A stretch of DNA of 58,801 nt, filler included, from Dugesia japonica (GCA_001938525.1; 6 parts of 6 records of this genome joined end to end with filler, not necessarily neighbours in it), one strand, 5' to 3'. Counted from the first letter of the whole stretch, positions 24,887 to 39,535 are shown. Translations and numbers: made by a program. The notes: generated from the letters alone by a model not told the origin.

Positions 24887-27525
24887 ATAATATTTAAACA
24901 TTTAATTTTAATAAACTTTGATAATTACCATGTCTACATTTGAAATACAAAATCTAACGGGCGACCATGTGNAAGTTAGTACCATTACTAGGCAAAGGAA
25001 AAACGAGCGACAAAACATGTTTAAAAATCTTCCACAAGCTACTCAAGAAAGGCTGATTCCTAAGCATACATTTTATTTTATGGCTCTTGTCGTATTTAAT
25101 CAAATGGAAATTTCTTTTGCATTTGATATACTATTACGAGTCGATGCAAAGAATTTGTGGCAAGAAACGAACACAATACAAATGAAAAGTGCGAAAGTTT
25201 GTTTCGATCAACATTTATTAATGATAAATCGCTAGTTGAAAAACTTACAGATCTATCATCAGTTAAATAAAGAATTGACGAAAAAAATCGGAATTTTGTA
25301 TTAAGAGTAAAAAAACTTGTCCACAATATATTTCAAAGCAAAAGATCACAGAGAAAATATCAAGAGTTTTCATTCTGAATGGATTAAGTAGTGAAAACTT
25401 AAAAGAATCCTTTACTTTCCAACAAGAGTTAAATGACTATAAACGTCGAGAATCGGCTGCAAACTTTGAAAAAAATTGGTGGCAAAAAGTAATATAAATG
25501 TTGTCAACAAGTGCATTTAAGAAATCAGCTTTNNNNNNNNNNNNNNNNNNNNNNNNNNNNNNNNNNNNNNNNNNNNNNNNNNNNNNNNNNNNNNNNNNNN
25601 NNNNNNNNNNNNNNNNNNNNNNNNNNCGACCAACGATTCAAGAATTGGTAATAATATGCATCAATTAAGATATATAAATTAAGGAATATGTAGAAACAAA
25701 AATTTATAATATATGTCATGGTAAAGCTCCTCCTAGAGTAGAATTCCTACAGCCTTGTGCTTGTTTTTGCTGTGGAGAGACAAACCATAGAAGAATAAAC
25801 TGTTCTTTAAAAATAGGTGTTTAATATGCGGTAAATGAAGGCTACACTATTAGAAATTGTGCATTNTTGCAAACAGGGCTCAATAATCAAAGAATATCAT
25901 GTATAGAAGAACAAGAGAAGGAAGAATCTTTAAATGAATGTGACTCATTAATTGATTTTGAACATGATGCAATAAATACTTTAGGAAATAATAAAAAAAT
26001 GTCCAGAAACCCGCTTTATCCATCTCGTCAGTGAGGTTGCATTAAAGCATTTTAAAGAGAAAAATCGAAATATTGATAGAAGACCTGATGTAAAACTGAT
26101 GTATCAAAGACGTGATGATAGAAATTGGAGCAGTGTAAATTGTAATGGAATTAGTGTAAAGATGTTATGGGATTCTGGATCGCCTGTCTCAGTAATGAGT
26201 GTAGAAATTTAAAAGAATATTGGTTCACCTAAAATTCAATTTTCAAATGTAATGCTAACTGGAGTATTTTCTGAGAAACGTTAAAAATGAATAGGAAAAG
26301 CCAGAATTAAATTATTTTAGAATAAAAATCATATAGAGAGATAAATAATTATTGTTAAAGACATTTGTTCAAATTTTATTGGTGCTATCGATATAATGGA
26401 AACGTTTGGAATGGGAATAAAACAAATTGATTTCATAGTTTCAAAAGATGTTATATGCAAAATTAAGAAACATAATAATAAAAAAATGAATACTCTCAAG
26501 CTAAATGCCAGCTATAGAATAATTGAATTACTTGATATTAGATTTGTGATATTAGACCACATATTTATCAAAATTGGATGTAGGGTCAACACATATGACA
26601 ATGAATAACATAGAAACTAAAGGAGAATCCGTATTGATAAATCCAAGAAGACAACCAATGCATTTAGAAGGCAAGATAGACGAATTAATACAAAATCTAT
26701 TATCAGCAAATGTTATAAAACCTTTTCGAAGTCCATGGAATTCTCCATTAGTGATTGTTCCAAAAAAATGGTTCTCTCAGAATGTGGCTTGATTTTAGGA
26801 AATTGAATTCAGTAACTGATAAAATATTCATTTTCTGTTCCTGATATAAATATGTTACTGGATACACTAAGTGGCTCTATGATTTTCTCATCAATCGATC
26901 TAGGACAGGGACAATTTTATTTCAATCGCATGCCGTTCGGATTATGTACCGCTCCTGCAACATTTCAAGAATTAATGTATAATATGTTCAACAACATGTT
27001 ATTTACTGGGATCCTCATTTATCTTGATGACACCAGAAATTCATGATAAACATTTACAAAATGTGTTGGAACTTCATTTTAAACATGAGCAATCTGATCT
27101 CAAAGTTAATCCTGAAAATTTTATATTTAGTGTATCGAAACTCGAATTTCTTGATCATACAATCAGTTTTAAATGTGTTGAAACAAATGATGACATTATT
27201 AATAAAGTAAAATAGGCTGTTATTCCAAAATATGCAACTCAAATTCGAATCTTCTTGGGATTGTCAAATTACTACCGTAGGTTTATTAAAGATTACGCAA
27301 CAATTAAAATTTATAAGCCCACATCAAGTGCTTTTAAATTAAATTGAAATCCCTAAACCACGAAGGATCGAGTGGCTAAAAAATGGATGTTCAAAAAGAT
27401 TAAGAAGGAGTGATGTTAAATATAATATTTAAACATATTTTTTTAAATATTATTAATTTATTTAATTTTAATAAACTTTGATAGTTATCATGTCTACACT
27501 TGAAATACAAAATCTAACTATAACA
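24887..27525 (+). mobile_element. Gypsy/Ty3 LTR retrotransposon, deleted derivative with short LTRs
   Basis: Partial 5' LTR 24887-24958 with GGCGACC PBS-like site; zinc knuckles CFCCGETNHRRINC (~25760); protease LWDSGS (~26170); RT SPWNSP, RMPFGLCTAPATFQ, YLDD; PPT AAGAAGGAG; 3' LTR 27414-27525 TGTTA...TAACA. Confidence 0.88.
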
Positions 27526-28412
27526 ATGTGTTCCAATTAGAATTTCATTTCCATATACCCANATAATCTCATTTTCGAACAAATTTTGTATTGCTTAGTC
27601 GATATTTGCTTCCAAATTAAGTAGCTGACGATATAGGTTTATGTTGATCGGTTCAATATTTTATGTTTTACTAAATGCGTAAAATATTTTATCATTCTTT
27701 TATCCGTGAAATACCTTCTTATATGTTCGTTTCTTTGACATGTCCAGCACTCTTTTCTTCATTTTTTAGACAATATATCCTTGTGTGAACCATTGAATTT
27801 CTCGACCCTGATTCTGATCCTTCTCATTTTCTGATTTGTCCTTTTTTATGCTTTGTCTCCGTCTCGGTTTATCTCGATGAGCTTCTCTAATGTAGCTTTT
27901 TACAGCATATATAAATATTCCTTGTTTTTCTGATTACTACATCACAATTAGTGTTTCCTTTATCTCTTTCGTGCACTTTTCAAATCAAAAGATATCATTT
28001 TAGAAAATTTTATTTTATTTATAAATTTTTCACTTAAAATTTCAGTTTTTTCTTTAAAAAAACTTGAACAAACTTGAAAAATATTAAATCTCAAACACTA
28101 TCTCATGAAATCAAATAATTTCATTGATAAAACGATCCATATGGGAGAATATCGAATACACATATAATTTAATTCTGGTATTATTTCACAAACTTTTTTT
28201 CAATTAAATTTTTTCAAAAAAAATGAAACAATTAAATAATGAAAATCTTCATAGTTTTAAGTTTTACTAAATTATTGCAATCAATTTGAACCTATCTTAT
28301 ATTTCACTAGATTTGTTTTCTATTTCCCTAATTATATTGAAATTTTTACGGTTTTTACGGCTCGCTTATCATACTTTTGTTATGTATGTGAAAGAAATAA
28401 TTTTTGTAATAA

Positions 28413-28512
28413 NNNNNNNNNNNNNNNNNNNNNNNNNNNNNNNNNNNNNNNNNNNNTTAATTAATTAANNNNNNNNNNNNNNNNNNNNNNNNNNNNNNNN
28501 NNNNNNNNNNNN
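28413..28512. other. Artificial contig-joining spacer
   Basis: N44-TTAATTAATTAA-N44. Confidence 0.95.
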
Positions 28513-28581
<69 letters not shown>

Positions 28582-28774
28582 AAAACTGTATTGCGCCAAT
28601 TACTGTAAAAATATTAATTTAAAATAACTTATTTCATTAACTTATAATACGTTTTGCAAAAATAATATTTGAAGCGTAGCAAGTTTTTATAACCTTAGTG
28701 ATTTGCTAAGTAACAAATATTTTATCAGTCAATTGTTACACCACTTAAAATGAAATATCAATTTTAACAAATAG

Positions 28775-31700
28775 ATGGAGCTTCCAATAAAATTAAATTC
28801 TTCATGGATTAGTACATTCAAAAATCTAAATGCCGATTTCGAATATGAATATAAACGAGATTATCTTCCTAATCAAATATACAATTTTAATGCTGTTATT
28901 CAACATGAATCTTCTCTGGAAAACGTTAATAATTCAAAAATGCATCTAGTAAATGATGAAAATAATATAAAATTTGGAGAAGGTTTACAATCATACACAT
29001 TAGGAAATAATGATATTGTTCATGATAGTAATAGTAATAATAGCAGTAATTATCATGAAAACTCGTCTACACCAAAAGATGATCAATCATTCAAAAAAAT
29101 TTCTAATGATAATCTGAATATCCAAGAAATATCAAGTGAGACTATTAATCAGGATTTGCGCAATAATGATTCTAGATTTGAAATTGAATTTGAAAATGAA
29201 ATTGAACCGGAAATTTCTATAACACTAGAAAATAACTTGAAAGTTGAAAATTTACAAAATTCTGCTTTAAAAACCCCCGATAGTGAAAATGAATGTNNNN
29301 NNNNNNNNNNNNNNNNNNNNNNNNNNNNNNNNNNNNNNNNNNNNNNNNNNNNNNNNNNNNNNNNNNNNNNNNNNNNNNNNNNNNNNNNNNNNNNNNNNNN
29401 NNNNNNNNNNNNNNNNNNNNNNNNNNACACAACTTTTTCAAAGGAAAATTGTCCAACAGAAATTAATGCAATCGATGATCAATCACGCAATCAAAGTCAA
29501 TTTATAAATGCTTGTTTTAATCCAAACGAAAGCAATGAAAANNNNNNNNNNNNNNNNNNNNNNNNNNNNNNNNNNNNNNNTGAAAATTTAGAAAAAGCCA
29601 ATGTTTTAAATGAAAATGAAAAATTCAATAAAATATATCCAAATACAAATGAATTTGAATATTTAAAAGAAAATACAAACAAAAATATTTCATATCAAAA
29701 TAAACATAAGCATAATGAAATTCAATCGATAGAAATGGAAATTGAAACCCCAGTGTTTATTAATCATGAACCGAAATTATACATTGCTAAAACTATTGAT
29801 TTTTCCACTATCAATGAAAGTGATCAATTGCTTCATGATAATGATTCTAATAAAATTGCCAAACCAATAAATAATGAACTTTTGAATTTAGAAAAAGATC
29901 TTGAAAATCTAAATGAAGAAATTCTAGAAACGGAAATTTTCCAAACAATTTCACCGTCTACATGTAATCAAAAATATATGCCNAACAATAAAGAATCATT
30001 TGAAACGAAATTAGATCAAATGAAAGATAATTTTGAAAATTATTTATCCGATGACAGTTACATGAATACCAACGTTTTACTTAATTTTCATGAAAATTTA
30101 ATAGTAAATGATGTTTCTCAAGAAATTATTGTTCCCATAAATAATATTAAAACAGAAAAGGATGATTCATTTACCGATGAAAATAACAAAGATTTAAACA
30201 GAAATAATAATAGAATTGAAAACAATGTTGTCAATCTAAATTTGGAAAATGAAAAATGTAATTTACTTAATTTGAATAAATCATTTTCTAACCCAATTAA
30301 AATCAATGATATTAGTGAAAGTCATTTAAATATCAATGAAAACAAACTTCATTTAAATGACCTTCTTAAACAAAATGAAAATGCTGACAAAGTTGAGCTT
30401 TTTGACAAAAGTTCTATTATTGATAATTCAGAAGAAATAAGTTTCGATCAAAGCTTAGAACCTGAAATTGAATTAAAAGAAAAAATGAATCCTATTGACA
30501 ATTTTTATGAGAATGATTTAAATGAAAATAAATATGATAACGAATTTGAATGGAAAACATCGAAATCTGTAATTCCAGATAATTTGAATTTTATTAAACA
30601 AGAAATAAATGAATTAAAAATAGAAAATGACTCTCATTTCGTAAGTGATTTTATGTCTCATGAAATTGATATTTCAAATAAAGAAAACAAAATTGATGAT
30701 TTCTTGAATATTGAAAATATAAATGATCAGTTATTGCCAATTCATAATTTCACGCCTGTTCAAAATGATGAAAATTCAATTATAAACAAAAATAATTTTG
30801 AATTNNATGGTAATTTGACATCTGAAAATTTAGTTAATGAAAATATTAACAATTCGTTTACTAATCCAAATGAACTCGATAATGATATAAATGAATATTT
30901 TAAAATAGTTCCAACGAATTTCAAAGAAATTAATGTAGAAATATCATCTTTTGTTCAAAATCCAGACGAAAATAAATGTTCATTTTTGGATGATTCTTCG
31001 CAAAATAGTTCAAATAATTATGAAAATGAAAATGCACATAAAATTAATTTTACCTACAAACAACCAATCGAAATTAAAGCCACTTTATTGGATCATTCCA
31101 AATCAGTCAATGACAATGTAGAATATGAACTCGATAATTCTAGTTGCAATTTTGAATTGAAGCTCAATCAAAATTTATCTCGTAAAGTTTCAGAAAATAA
31201 TTGGAAAGAAAAATTAAGTTCACCAAAAAATGTTTATGAAAAAGATCTAAATGAGAATGAAAATGATGATTTGATCAATCAAGCCCCTTTGGAATATAAA
31301 AATAAATTTAATGACAGTTATAAGAAAAAAATCAAAGTGAAACCAGAAGATAATTTTTTTTCCACGAATAAATTGTTCAAAAAACACGAAATGCCATGCA
31401 AAGAAAATAATATTGATTTTACTGTAAGTAATGATAACCAGTTATATTTGACTAATAATTTTCTGAAATGTAAAAATTTTGATAACAATTCAATGGATGA
31501 TATTAATAGCTATGTCTCTCCATCATTTCAAGTATCGGATACTTCACCATTAAAAAGTGATTTCGATAAATATGCTAGAAATGATCATTTTCAAACGTCT
31601 TTTAATTTGAATGAGAATAATGCTAACAATTTTGAAGAATCAGATAATCGAAAATCACTAAATAATAATATTAATACATATAAAATGAGTGACAAATTAA

Positions 31701-32326
31701 ATATGGGAAAACCAGATCGTCATTACCTAGAAGATAATAATGATGATGAGAAAACTATGAAATCTAATAGTACAATCTTTAAATTACCAATGGATTTAAA
31801 GTCAGACATGCAATTAACAAGTAATAAAATGAGGAATTATAGTGATACTTGTAATAATTTAAAACATAATCTAGATTCAAGTTACAATTATGACTCAACA
31901 AATTTAATGAGTAAAGGAAATTTCAAAAATAATTATTATCCTTCATCCCAAAATTTACTACATAATAACCAAATAAAATATTCCAAAGATTTATCACATT
32001 TGATGCTTCCAAATAAAAATAAAAGGGACATACACAATATAAATGAAAGTGTATTAGGTAATGAACAGCCCAAAGACCAGAATACGCAATTGAAGAACAT
32101 GAATACAATGGATTCATTTTCAGTTAAGGCAAAATATCAGCCGACAGTTCAAGTTAGGTTTGAAAACAATAAAAAAATGATTTATGAAAACAATGAAAAG
32201 AATAATATAATTGCTAATGGTAAGCCATTCTGTAAAAAATGCATGAAATTTCATTTTCCATCTACAAGTTATGACTCACTGAATTATCATAACATATCAA
32301 AACCATACTTGGGTAATAAAAATTTG
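28775..32326 (+). CDS. Large Asn/Glu-rich low-complexity protein of unknown function, ~3.55-kb exon
   Basis: ~1180-codon open frame in very AT-rich DNA, maintained across gaps; AG immediately before 28775; GTAAAT donor at 32327. No recognisable domain. Confidence 0.75.
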
Positions 32327-32399
32327 GTAAATTATTTTTGGTTCTATAATATTTAATCATTGAATTTATAATTATTATTTATATTAAATAAAATGACAT

Positions 32400-32613
32400 A
32401 TAATATAAAAGCTTTGATNNNNNNNNNNNNNNNNNNNNNNNNNNNNNNNNNNNNNNNNNNNNNNNNNNNNNNNNNNNNNNNNNNNNNNNNNNNNNNNNNN
32501 NNNNNNNNNNNNNNNNNNNNNNNNNNNNNNNNNNNNNNNNNNNNNNNNAATTCTATAAAACGATCAATGGTTAAGTCCAACAATTATTCTCGTAATAATT
32601 GCAATTGTAAAAT
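32400..32613 (+). repeat. Small fold-back repeat family, copy 3 (palindrome falls in an N gap)
   Basis: ATAAAAGCTTTGAT[N gap]AATTCTATAAAACGATCAATGGTTAAGTCCAACAATTATTCTCG...GCAATTGTAAAAT matches copy 2. Confidence 0.8.
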
Positions 32614-32799
32614 AAAATAACATAATTCCGATTTAAAAAATAATGTTAAATATTTTAATTTAAGACTATAGTAAATAAAATATCAATAAATTATGAAGCA
32701 TTTAAATTAATAAATTGGTACATAAATTGTTTTAAGTGCGTATGAAAACACTTAAAATTCTGAACAAGTTTATATAAATCAATTAATAAATTAAAATTC

Positions 32800-33860
32800 G
32801 TGATTTTTTCATGTTTTTGAAATTTTCCAGAAATGAATTTTTAAAATAAAAAATATTAAAGTGAAACTAAATTAATTCAATAAGAAATAGCGATCAATTT
32901 ATAGCGTTTTTTTTTATTTAATTTGATTTTTAATTGATTCTAATTTTTTTTAATTGAGGTTAATTTTTGAATAATTCTAATTNNAATAATTCTAATTCTA
33001 ACGTTAAATGCACTTTTAAAGAAGTCGTAGGATGAATGAAAATTATATTTATAAAAAGAAAAAAGAAGAGTTGCAGAAAAATCAAGACGCTAAATAAGCG
33101 GTAGGACTGAGAGTAGTATCAGAAGTTACTAAAATGTTGAAGTAGTAACTTGATATAAAAACAAATTATAGCGTTGCACATTTTAAAATTATATCAATGT
33201 TTTCAATAAACTCAATAAATATCAGATTTATAAAAATTTCAACTCAATGTTAAATAATACGCAAACCAAATTAATCTGTTTTGTTGATTGAGTAATTGAT
33301 ATAAAGTTTTGTTACAATATTTATAATTTTGTTGCACTATTTATTTCATTTAAATTCTGCATTCAAAAGAAGAAATTAATTAAATTCTTTGTATGACACC
33401 ACTAGCATAATATAAACGAAAATTAATGTCAACCGAAGGCATATAATAAATCATCGTAACAACCATATAATATTATTATGAATAATTGTAAATATGGAGT
33501 TCTGCAGCCGTATCACCATGTGACTAAATGCGTGTGTGTATGTTTTGTTTTTGAGGTTATTCATATTTTATTGTATTTTCGATGTTTTTTTTAATGTATT
33601 TTTCATGTTTTTGTATGTATTTTTTTATTTAATTGTCATTTTTTTGTTTTTTCAAAATTTTTACGAAAATGCGAAAATAGTGATTTTTTCATGTATTTGA
33701 AATTTTCCAGAAATAAATTTTTGAAATATAAAATTTAACTAAATTAATTCTATAAGAAATGGCGAGCAATTTATAGAGTTTTTTTTTATTTAATTTGATT
33801 TTTTTTAATTGATTCTAATTTTTTTAATTGATGTTAATTTTTTAAATTATTCTAATTTTT
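32800..33860. repeat. ~180-bp direct repeats (32800-32982 and 33680-33860)
   Basis: GTGATTTTTTCATG..TTTGAAATTTTCCAGAAAT...AACTAAATTAATTC.ATAAGAAAT.GCGA.CAATTTATAG... occurs twice. Confidence 0.85.
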
Positions 33861-33968
33861 GCAACCTAAACTCATAGATAGTTCAAATAAATAAAAGTAA
33901 CCGGTTTCAGTTAGTTTATTTATTCTTCAAACAAGTTATTTCCACTTAAACATTATCAATCACACGTC

Positions 33969-34330
33969 TCANNNNNNNNNNNNNNNNNNNNNNNNNNNNN
34001 NNNNNTTGAAATCACTCGATGGACCGCATAAGTTCGATGTCTCTAGTAAGCTTTTGTAATCTTTCCATGAGAAGAAAACATGAGAGAACATGAACTCGAT
34101 GGTCTTGTTAAATGGGCTGAAGAGGAGTAAAAACACTTTTGAATGTCCCTCATACTTCACAAAAGCTGCTATTTCTGAACATTTATGGAATGACTTATTA
34201 TCCATAATAATTATGACATGGTTCATTTTTTTCTCTGTCAATATTCCCGTCAACTCATTCATGTATTCCGAAAAGTAAATTTGATTTCCTGCTTCATTTG
34301 ATACTTCATAACAAACCATTCCCTCTTTAG
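33969..34330 (-). mobile_element. Tc1/IS630-type transposase remnant
   Basis: VIIIMDNKSFHK...FLLLFSPFNKTIEFMFS (degenerate LPPYSPFLNPIE). Confidence 0.75.
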
Positions 34331-34399
34331 TTTATGTGCGGCGAAATTTAAAATATTAGCCGCACAAACAACTCATACAAAAAATAGAAAATGTTTTAT

Positions 34400-34910
34400 A
34401 AAGAAAGATGAAACAAAAAGATGAAATGTATATAGTTTAAGTTATACTATAGCATTAGATTATCAAAAACATACACAGAGCAAAGAACATTTAAGAGAAG
34501 ACAAATTGAAGTTTAAGTTTTTTAATTCTCAATAATTAATTATAGGCACAAGCGTATCAATGGGCTAAACAAGCAAAACAAATAATTGGTGGAAAATATG
34601 GATTCATTTACGAGATATTACTTTCCTGTTATTGATGAAGAAAATACAATTGAAACTGGTAAATTCACAACATTTTCGTTGCATAACAAATCATTGAAAA
34701 TATGGTGTATACATGCAAATTAAACTGATTGGCAAAAATCAATATATAGTTGCCCTACCCATATGAAATATTATATCTGTATGTTTTTGGAATTACAATA
34801 CTTTTGAAACAATCTAAACCACTAGGAGTAGCAAGAAATATTCCGATTAGTGAGAAACGTAAATGAGGAAGACCTGAAAAACCAAAATCAGCATTGAAAC
34901 ATCAATCAAA
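34400..34910 (+). mobile_element. Mutator (MULE) transposase C-terminal remnant with SWIM finger
   Basis: SCPTHMKYYICM...ARNIPISEKRK*GRPEKPKSALKHQ resembles a SWIM finger followed by a KRKRGRP tail. Confidence 0.55.
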
Positions 34911-35065
34911 ATTTGTAAAATAAAATTTAATTATAAATCTTTTATTTGTGCTTTAACTTAATTTTAATTATTTTTCAAGAATAATTAAATTTACTTCTCT
35001 TTAATTTTAATTTAATTTACTGTCTTATTAATTCATTTTACCTTTAATTTTTTATTTTTATAATA

Positions 35066-35101
<36 letters not shown>

Positions 35102-35114
35102 TTTCTACTTTTAG

Positions 35115-35378
35115 AAATCATCTATTTCATCAAATTTACCTAGAAAAATAATTTCAAAAGAAAATAGTTTTGGTAAAGGTAAATTTGTATCCAATATTAA
35201 TACAGAACCTAGCATTTTGTCAAAATGTTATTCTAAGAAATACAATATGTCTAGCAATGATGTGATGGATTTGAATTCATCAATTAATTCGAATTGCAAC
35301 TTTATATCAAATGCTGATCAACCTCTAGAATTGCGAGTTTATTGTAGAGGTCGACTAATATATGAACCTTTGTTTTAA
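35115..35378 (+). CDS. Probable terminal exon of the Asn-rich protein
   Basis: Polypyrimidine-AG acceptor, phase 0 with 32326; 87 codons KSSISSNLPRK...DQPLELRVYCRGRLIYEPLF*; AATAAA ~50 nt downstream. Confidence 0.7.
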   Translation, partial: KSSISSNLPRKIISKENSFGKGKFVSNINTEPSILSKCYSKKYNMSSNDVMDLNSSINSNCNFISNADQPLELRVYCRGRLIYEPLF

Positions 35379-35569
35379 ACTTTCAACTGACAGTTTATTA
35401 AAATAAGTTTCATCCGATTATATTAAAATAAATAAATTTCATAATATTTTTCTTAATTAAGTTATTCTTAGTTTATGTTTTTATAAATTGAAACTGTTAC
35501 ATAAATACTTGTTATTATAAATATTAAACATTTAAAAATATTTTTAAAATTTTTTTAACAAAATTGATC

Positions 35570-36830
35570 AAGTGTTGACTCTTTTAACTCAAGATTGCTC
35601 TTCTTTGGCATCGTTATGTAGAGTCTGACATTGTGATTAATCACCATTTCGTGAGCTATTCCTACTCGGAATTCTAAATCAGAATTACATTAGTAGATTA
35701 AGCATACCAATCTTCGTCATAAAAGTCAATGTTTTATGATCAGTTCTTGCACTGAAATTTTTGTTGTATAGATAGTTTTTAGAATGAATCAGAAACTGTT
35801 TACAATCCCTAGCAAGCAATTGAATGTTCATTTAACTCAATATAACATGTTCCAGTTAATTTCCCATTACCTGGCTTTTATTATCATTTTATTCTTATTA
35901 TTTTGGTAAGCTATTATTGTAGTACTACATAATTTTATCTTCAAAATTACCAAAACTATCCCCAGATTCTTTTATTCATTTCCGGTTATTCCTTTACCAT
36001 TAAAGTAGCATTTATAAAATGTTTGTAATTCTCGGATTTGTGTTGTATATTTCAGGCGTTACTGTTTCTCGAATTTTTCAAATAATTTCGTTATTTGTCT
36101 TTACGCATATAGCGCTAGATAAATGTCCTAATAAGTTTAGCTTCTTTGGTATCCCCGAGAATGATTTATTACGTAACATAGCAACTAAATATTGTACCGG
36201 GGGAAATACTAGTTTGGTTATATCAAATACATAATATGCTTAATTTGTTCAATTTTTATCTCTTTTCCTCCGTTTTCCACGATTTTCCCAAATTTTTCCA
36301 TAATTTTTCTATTTTCTCCCATTTTCGCATTTTTTCTCCTATTTTCCGATATTTGCACTATTTTCTATTGGGTCTTTGTGCATATTTTCTCTCTTTTGCG
36401 TAGGATTGCTTTATGTTTCTTTATTGACTTCACTTCATTAATCTTTAAGGAGTAATATTAATCGATAAAAGGAAACATTGGGATTGACATATAGTTTAAA
36501 ATTTCATATTGGCTTTACCTCTCGATATGTCAATGTCTAGGTATCAATCGTCATGGTATCGTTGGATGCGTAATGAACTGATTGATTCCATGGGGCAATC
36601 CTCGATTCAGTGATGCATGATGATGAAAAGTTATTAAGGATGTAAGATTTATAACTCACCCAACCATTAACCATAACCATTTTAATCAGATCAAGTTGAT
36701 CTTGATATCAATCGATAGGAAACTAAAAACTATCTAAACATAACCTAAAGTACCTTGGTCATAAAATGCTCTGTTCTCGAGATAAGCGGTGTGGCGCACT
36801 AAACCATTATAATGATAATAGTTATATATA
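35570..36830 (-). mobile_element. Gypsy remnant (LTR-like part plus RNase H fragment)
   Basis: Minus strand LLGIV...KNYLYNKNFSARTDHKTLTFMTK at ~35820-35710; 36620-36830 matches the repeat at 1200-1402. Confidence 0.65.
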
Positions 36831-37690
36831 TAATGAAATAAAATTTTATACAAAAACATATTAGCATAAAATAAATACCTATACATTGTTTCTTCGAAAA
36901 TGAGTTTCCTTATGTACCATACCCCACTCCTAGAGGATGACGTGATATATAAATTTGGTTTTCACATTTAGTTAGAAAATTAAAAAATAGGATAGAAACA
37001 CATTCGTACAAAATTTATGAAAATGACTTCTTTTTATTCAAAATGGCGATTACAGGTACACATCGATTTTATAGGTCAAAGTCCATTTAAAATCATAATT
37101 TCTGATTAAACTTGCTATTGTTAAATGCACAATGAAATGATGAACACAATGAAGTTGTTGTAATTTTATTTGGATGTAAGGGTAAAAAGTTATTATAGAT
37201 TTAAAATTTTAAAAACTTTAAAAAATCATTCTTCATCAAAGTTTTCCTATCACAGCCATCAATGTTTACTAGAAGCCGCTAAATATTTGATGACATTTAC
37301 CAGAAGTGTATAAAACTTATCTGAAATTTACTAGAATTTGATAAATTTTTCAAAATCCTGTATAAAAGGATGAGAAAATAATAAAAACCTGCATTCATGT
37401 CATTAAAAAGTTTAGGGAATTTCATAGAAGTATTTTAAGATGATTAGAAATTGCAAAGAAGTCACGAAATAATTTATATCATAATATAATGAACAATGGT
37501 ATCAATTATTCGATTAATGTTGTAAATTTCATGAATTATGCTACTATAATGAATAATGTTCAGATTTTATAAATTATATGACAAATGCAAATAAATCATT
37601 TAGGGTTTATCGATTTTATGAGATGTTCACCTTTCATTTTTATTATTATTATTAATAATGTATGTTTTTCTCATAATTTAATTTGTGAAA

Positions 37691-37790
37691 NNNNNNNNNN
37701 NNNNNNNNNNNNNNNNNNNNNNNNNNNNNNNNNNTTAATTAATTAANNNNNNNNNNNNNNNNNNNNNNNNNNNNNNNNNNNNNNNNNNNN
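37691..37790. other. Artificial contig-joining spacer
   Basis: N44-TTAATTAATTAA-N44. Confidence 0.95.
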
Positions 37791-37862
37791 TATTTTATTT
37801 TATTTTATTTTATTTTATTTTATTTTATTTTATTTTATTTTATTTTATTTTATTTTATTTTT
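37791..37862. repeat. (TATTT)n microsatellite
   Basis: ~14 perfect pentamer units. Confidence 0.95.
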
Positions 37863-38289
37863 TAAATTTTACATTTGTAATAATCCTTTTCAAAGACGGA
37901 ATCAAAAACTGAAACACGATACATCAAATTATTGTTAATTATTTTCATTCAATTTTTAAAAAGAATTGAGTTATTACGTTTCTTTTTATTATATTTAAAG
38001 TCATATTGGTCATATTTTATTATTAGAACTTCTAATTAATTTTAATGGAAAAATTATAAATTAGTATTTAATGCATTTGTCAAATTAAATTTCTAATACT
38101 TTTCAAACATAAACATTAGCAACCAATTAATTGCAAGAGGATTCGACGGATTTTTAAAATTTATTAATTTAAATAATAATTTTCGATTAAGATAATTCAG
38201 ACGATAAATTAATGAAGAGTTTTTTTTTCATTATATCAATTATACAAAACGTTTTCTATAATGAATTGAGATAAAAATTTAATTAAATG

Positions 38290-38355
<66 letters not shown>

Positions 38356-38405
38356 NNNNNNNNNNNNNNNNNNNNNNNNNNNNNNNNNNNNNNNNNNNNN
38401 NNNNN

Positions 38406-38454
<49 letters not shown>

Positions 38455-39474
38455 TATAAATAAATTGTTTGTTTTCATACAAAATTTTAATTAATGCATT
38501 TGAAACAAAAATTTTAATCCCATACATTTGTATTCACCCAAAGGTATTATTTTATTTCTATATTTAAACAAATATCCACCAACTCAGTTAATTTCAATAA
38601 TTATTTATTTTCTGATATTAATTGATCATAATTAAGTCACTGTTTCGATATAATACCACTCATAAAACAATTTGTTTTTCATTTTCATGTTTCAATATTA
38701 ATATCAAAAAACAGATTCAACCGTTTAAGGAAAATCATGTATTTGATCAAAAATTGAAGATAATTTCTCATAGTAAAAAAAGTAAAGTAAACTTTTGTAA
38801 TACTTAATTAATAATATAAATCAATAATTAATATTAATAAATTATAATTAATATTAATAAATTATAATTAATATTAATTAATATAAATTTTTAATTTAAA
38901 TCACTTATTTGACTAGCTTCGTATTTTACTTTAAATAATAACGTTTTAATACTGAATATTTTTATTTGTTTGGTAATTAATATTACCGAAGTACTAAATA
39001 AATACTTTCATTTAAAATAAAAGACAGATAGAATAAATAATTTCTTTTAAAATTAATGACTTTTATAAAAAAATTTTCTTTCATTTTCAAGTGTTCAATC
39101 TTTTAAACAAAAGCAAATTCATTTCACTTATTATTTTTTAAATAATTTAAAATATTTTAATAAGAATTTTTTAACTGTGAAACGTTTTTTTTTTCAAGGA
39201 AAAAATTTTAAAAAAGCAAGAAAAACAAACGGTTGTATAGGTGAGATTTATTATTTTATATTTCTATTATTTAAATTTCTAAGATAAAAAAAATATTATT
39301 TTGAAATTAAAAATATTATTAAGACATTTACAAATTCTCTTATAAATCTAAATATTTGTTTGGAATTATAAAAAGTGCCATTTGTAAGTATATCTCTCAG
39401 AGAAAGTTTGAAAAATACTGAAAATATCAAAGTTTAAACTGCAAACAAATTTCCTTAATTGAATTAATTAATTA

Positions 39475-39535
<61 letters not shown>

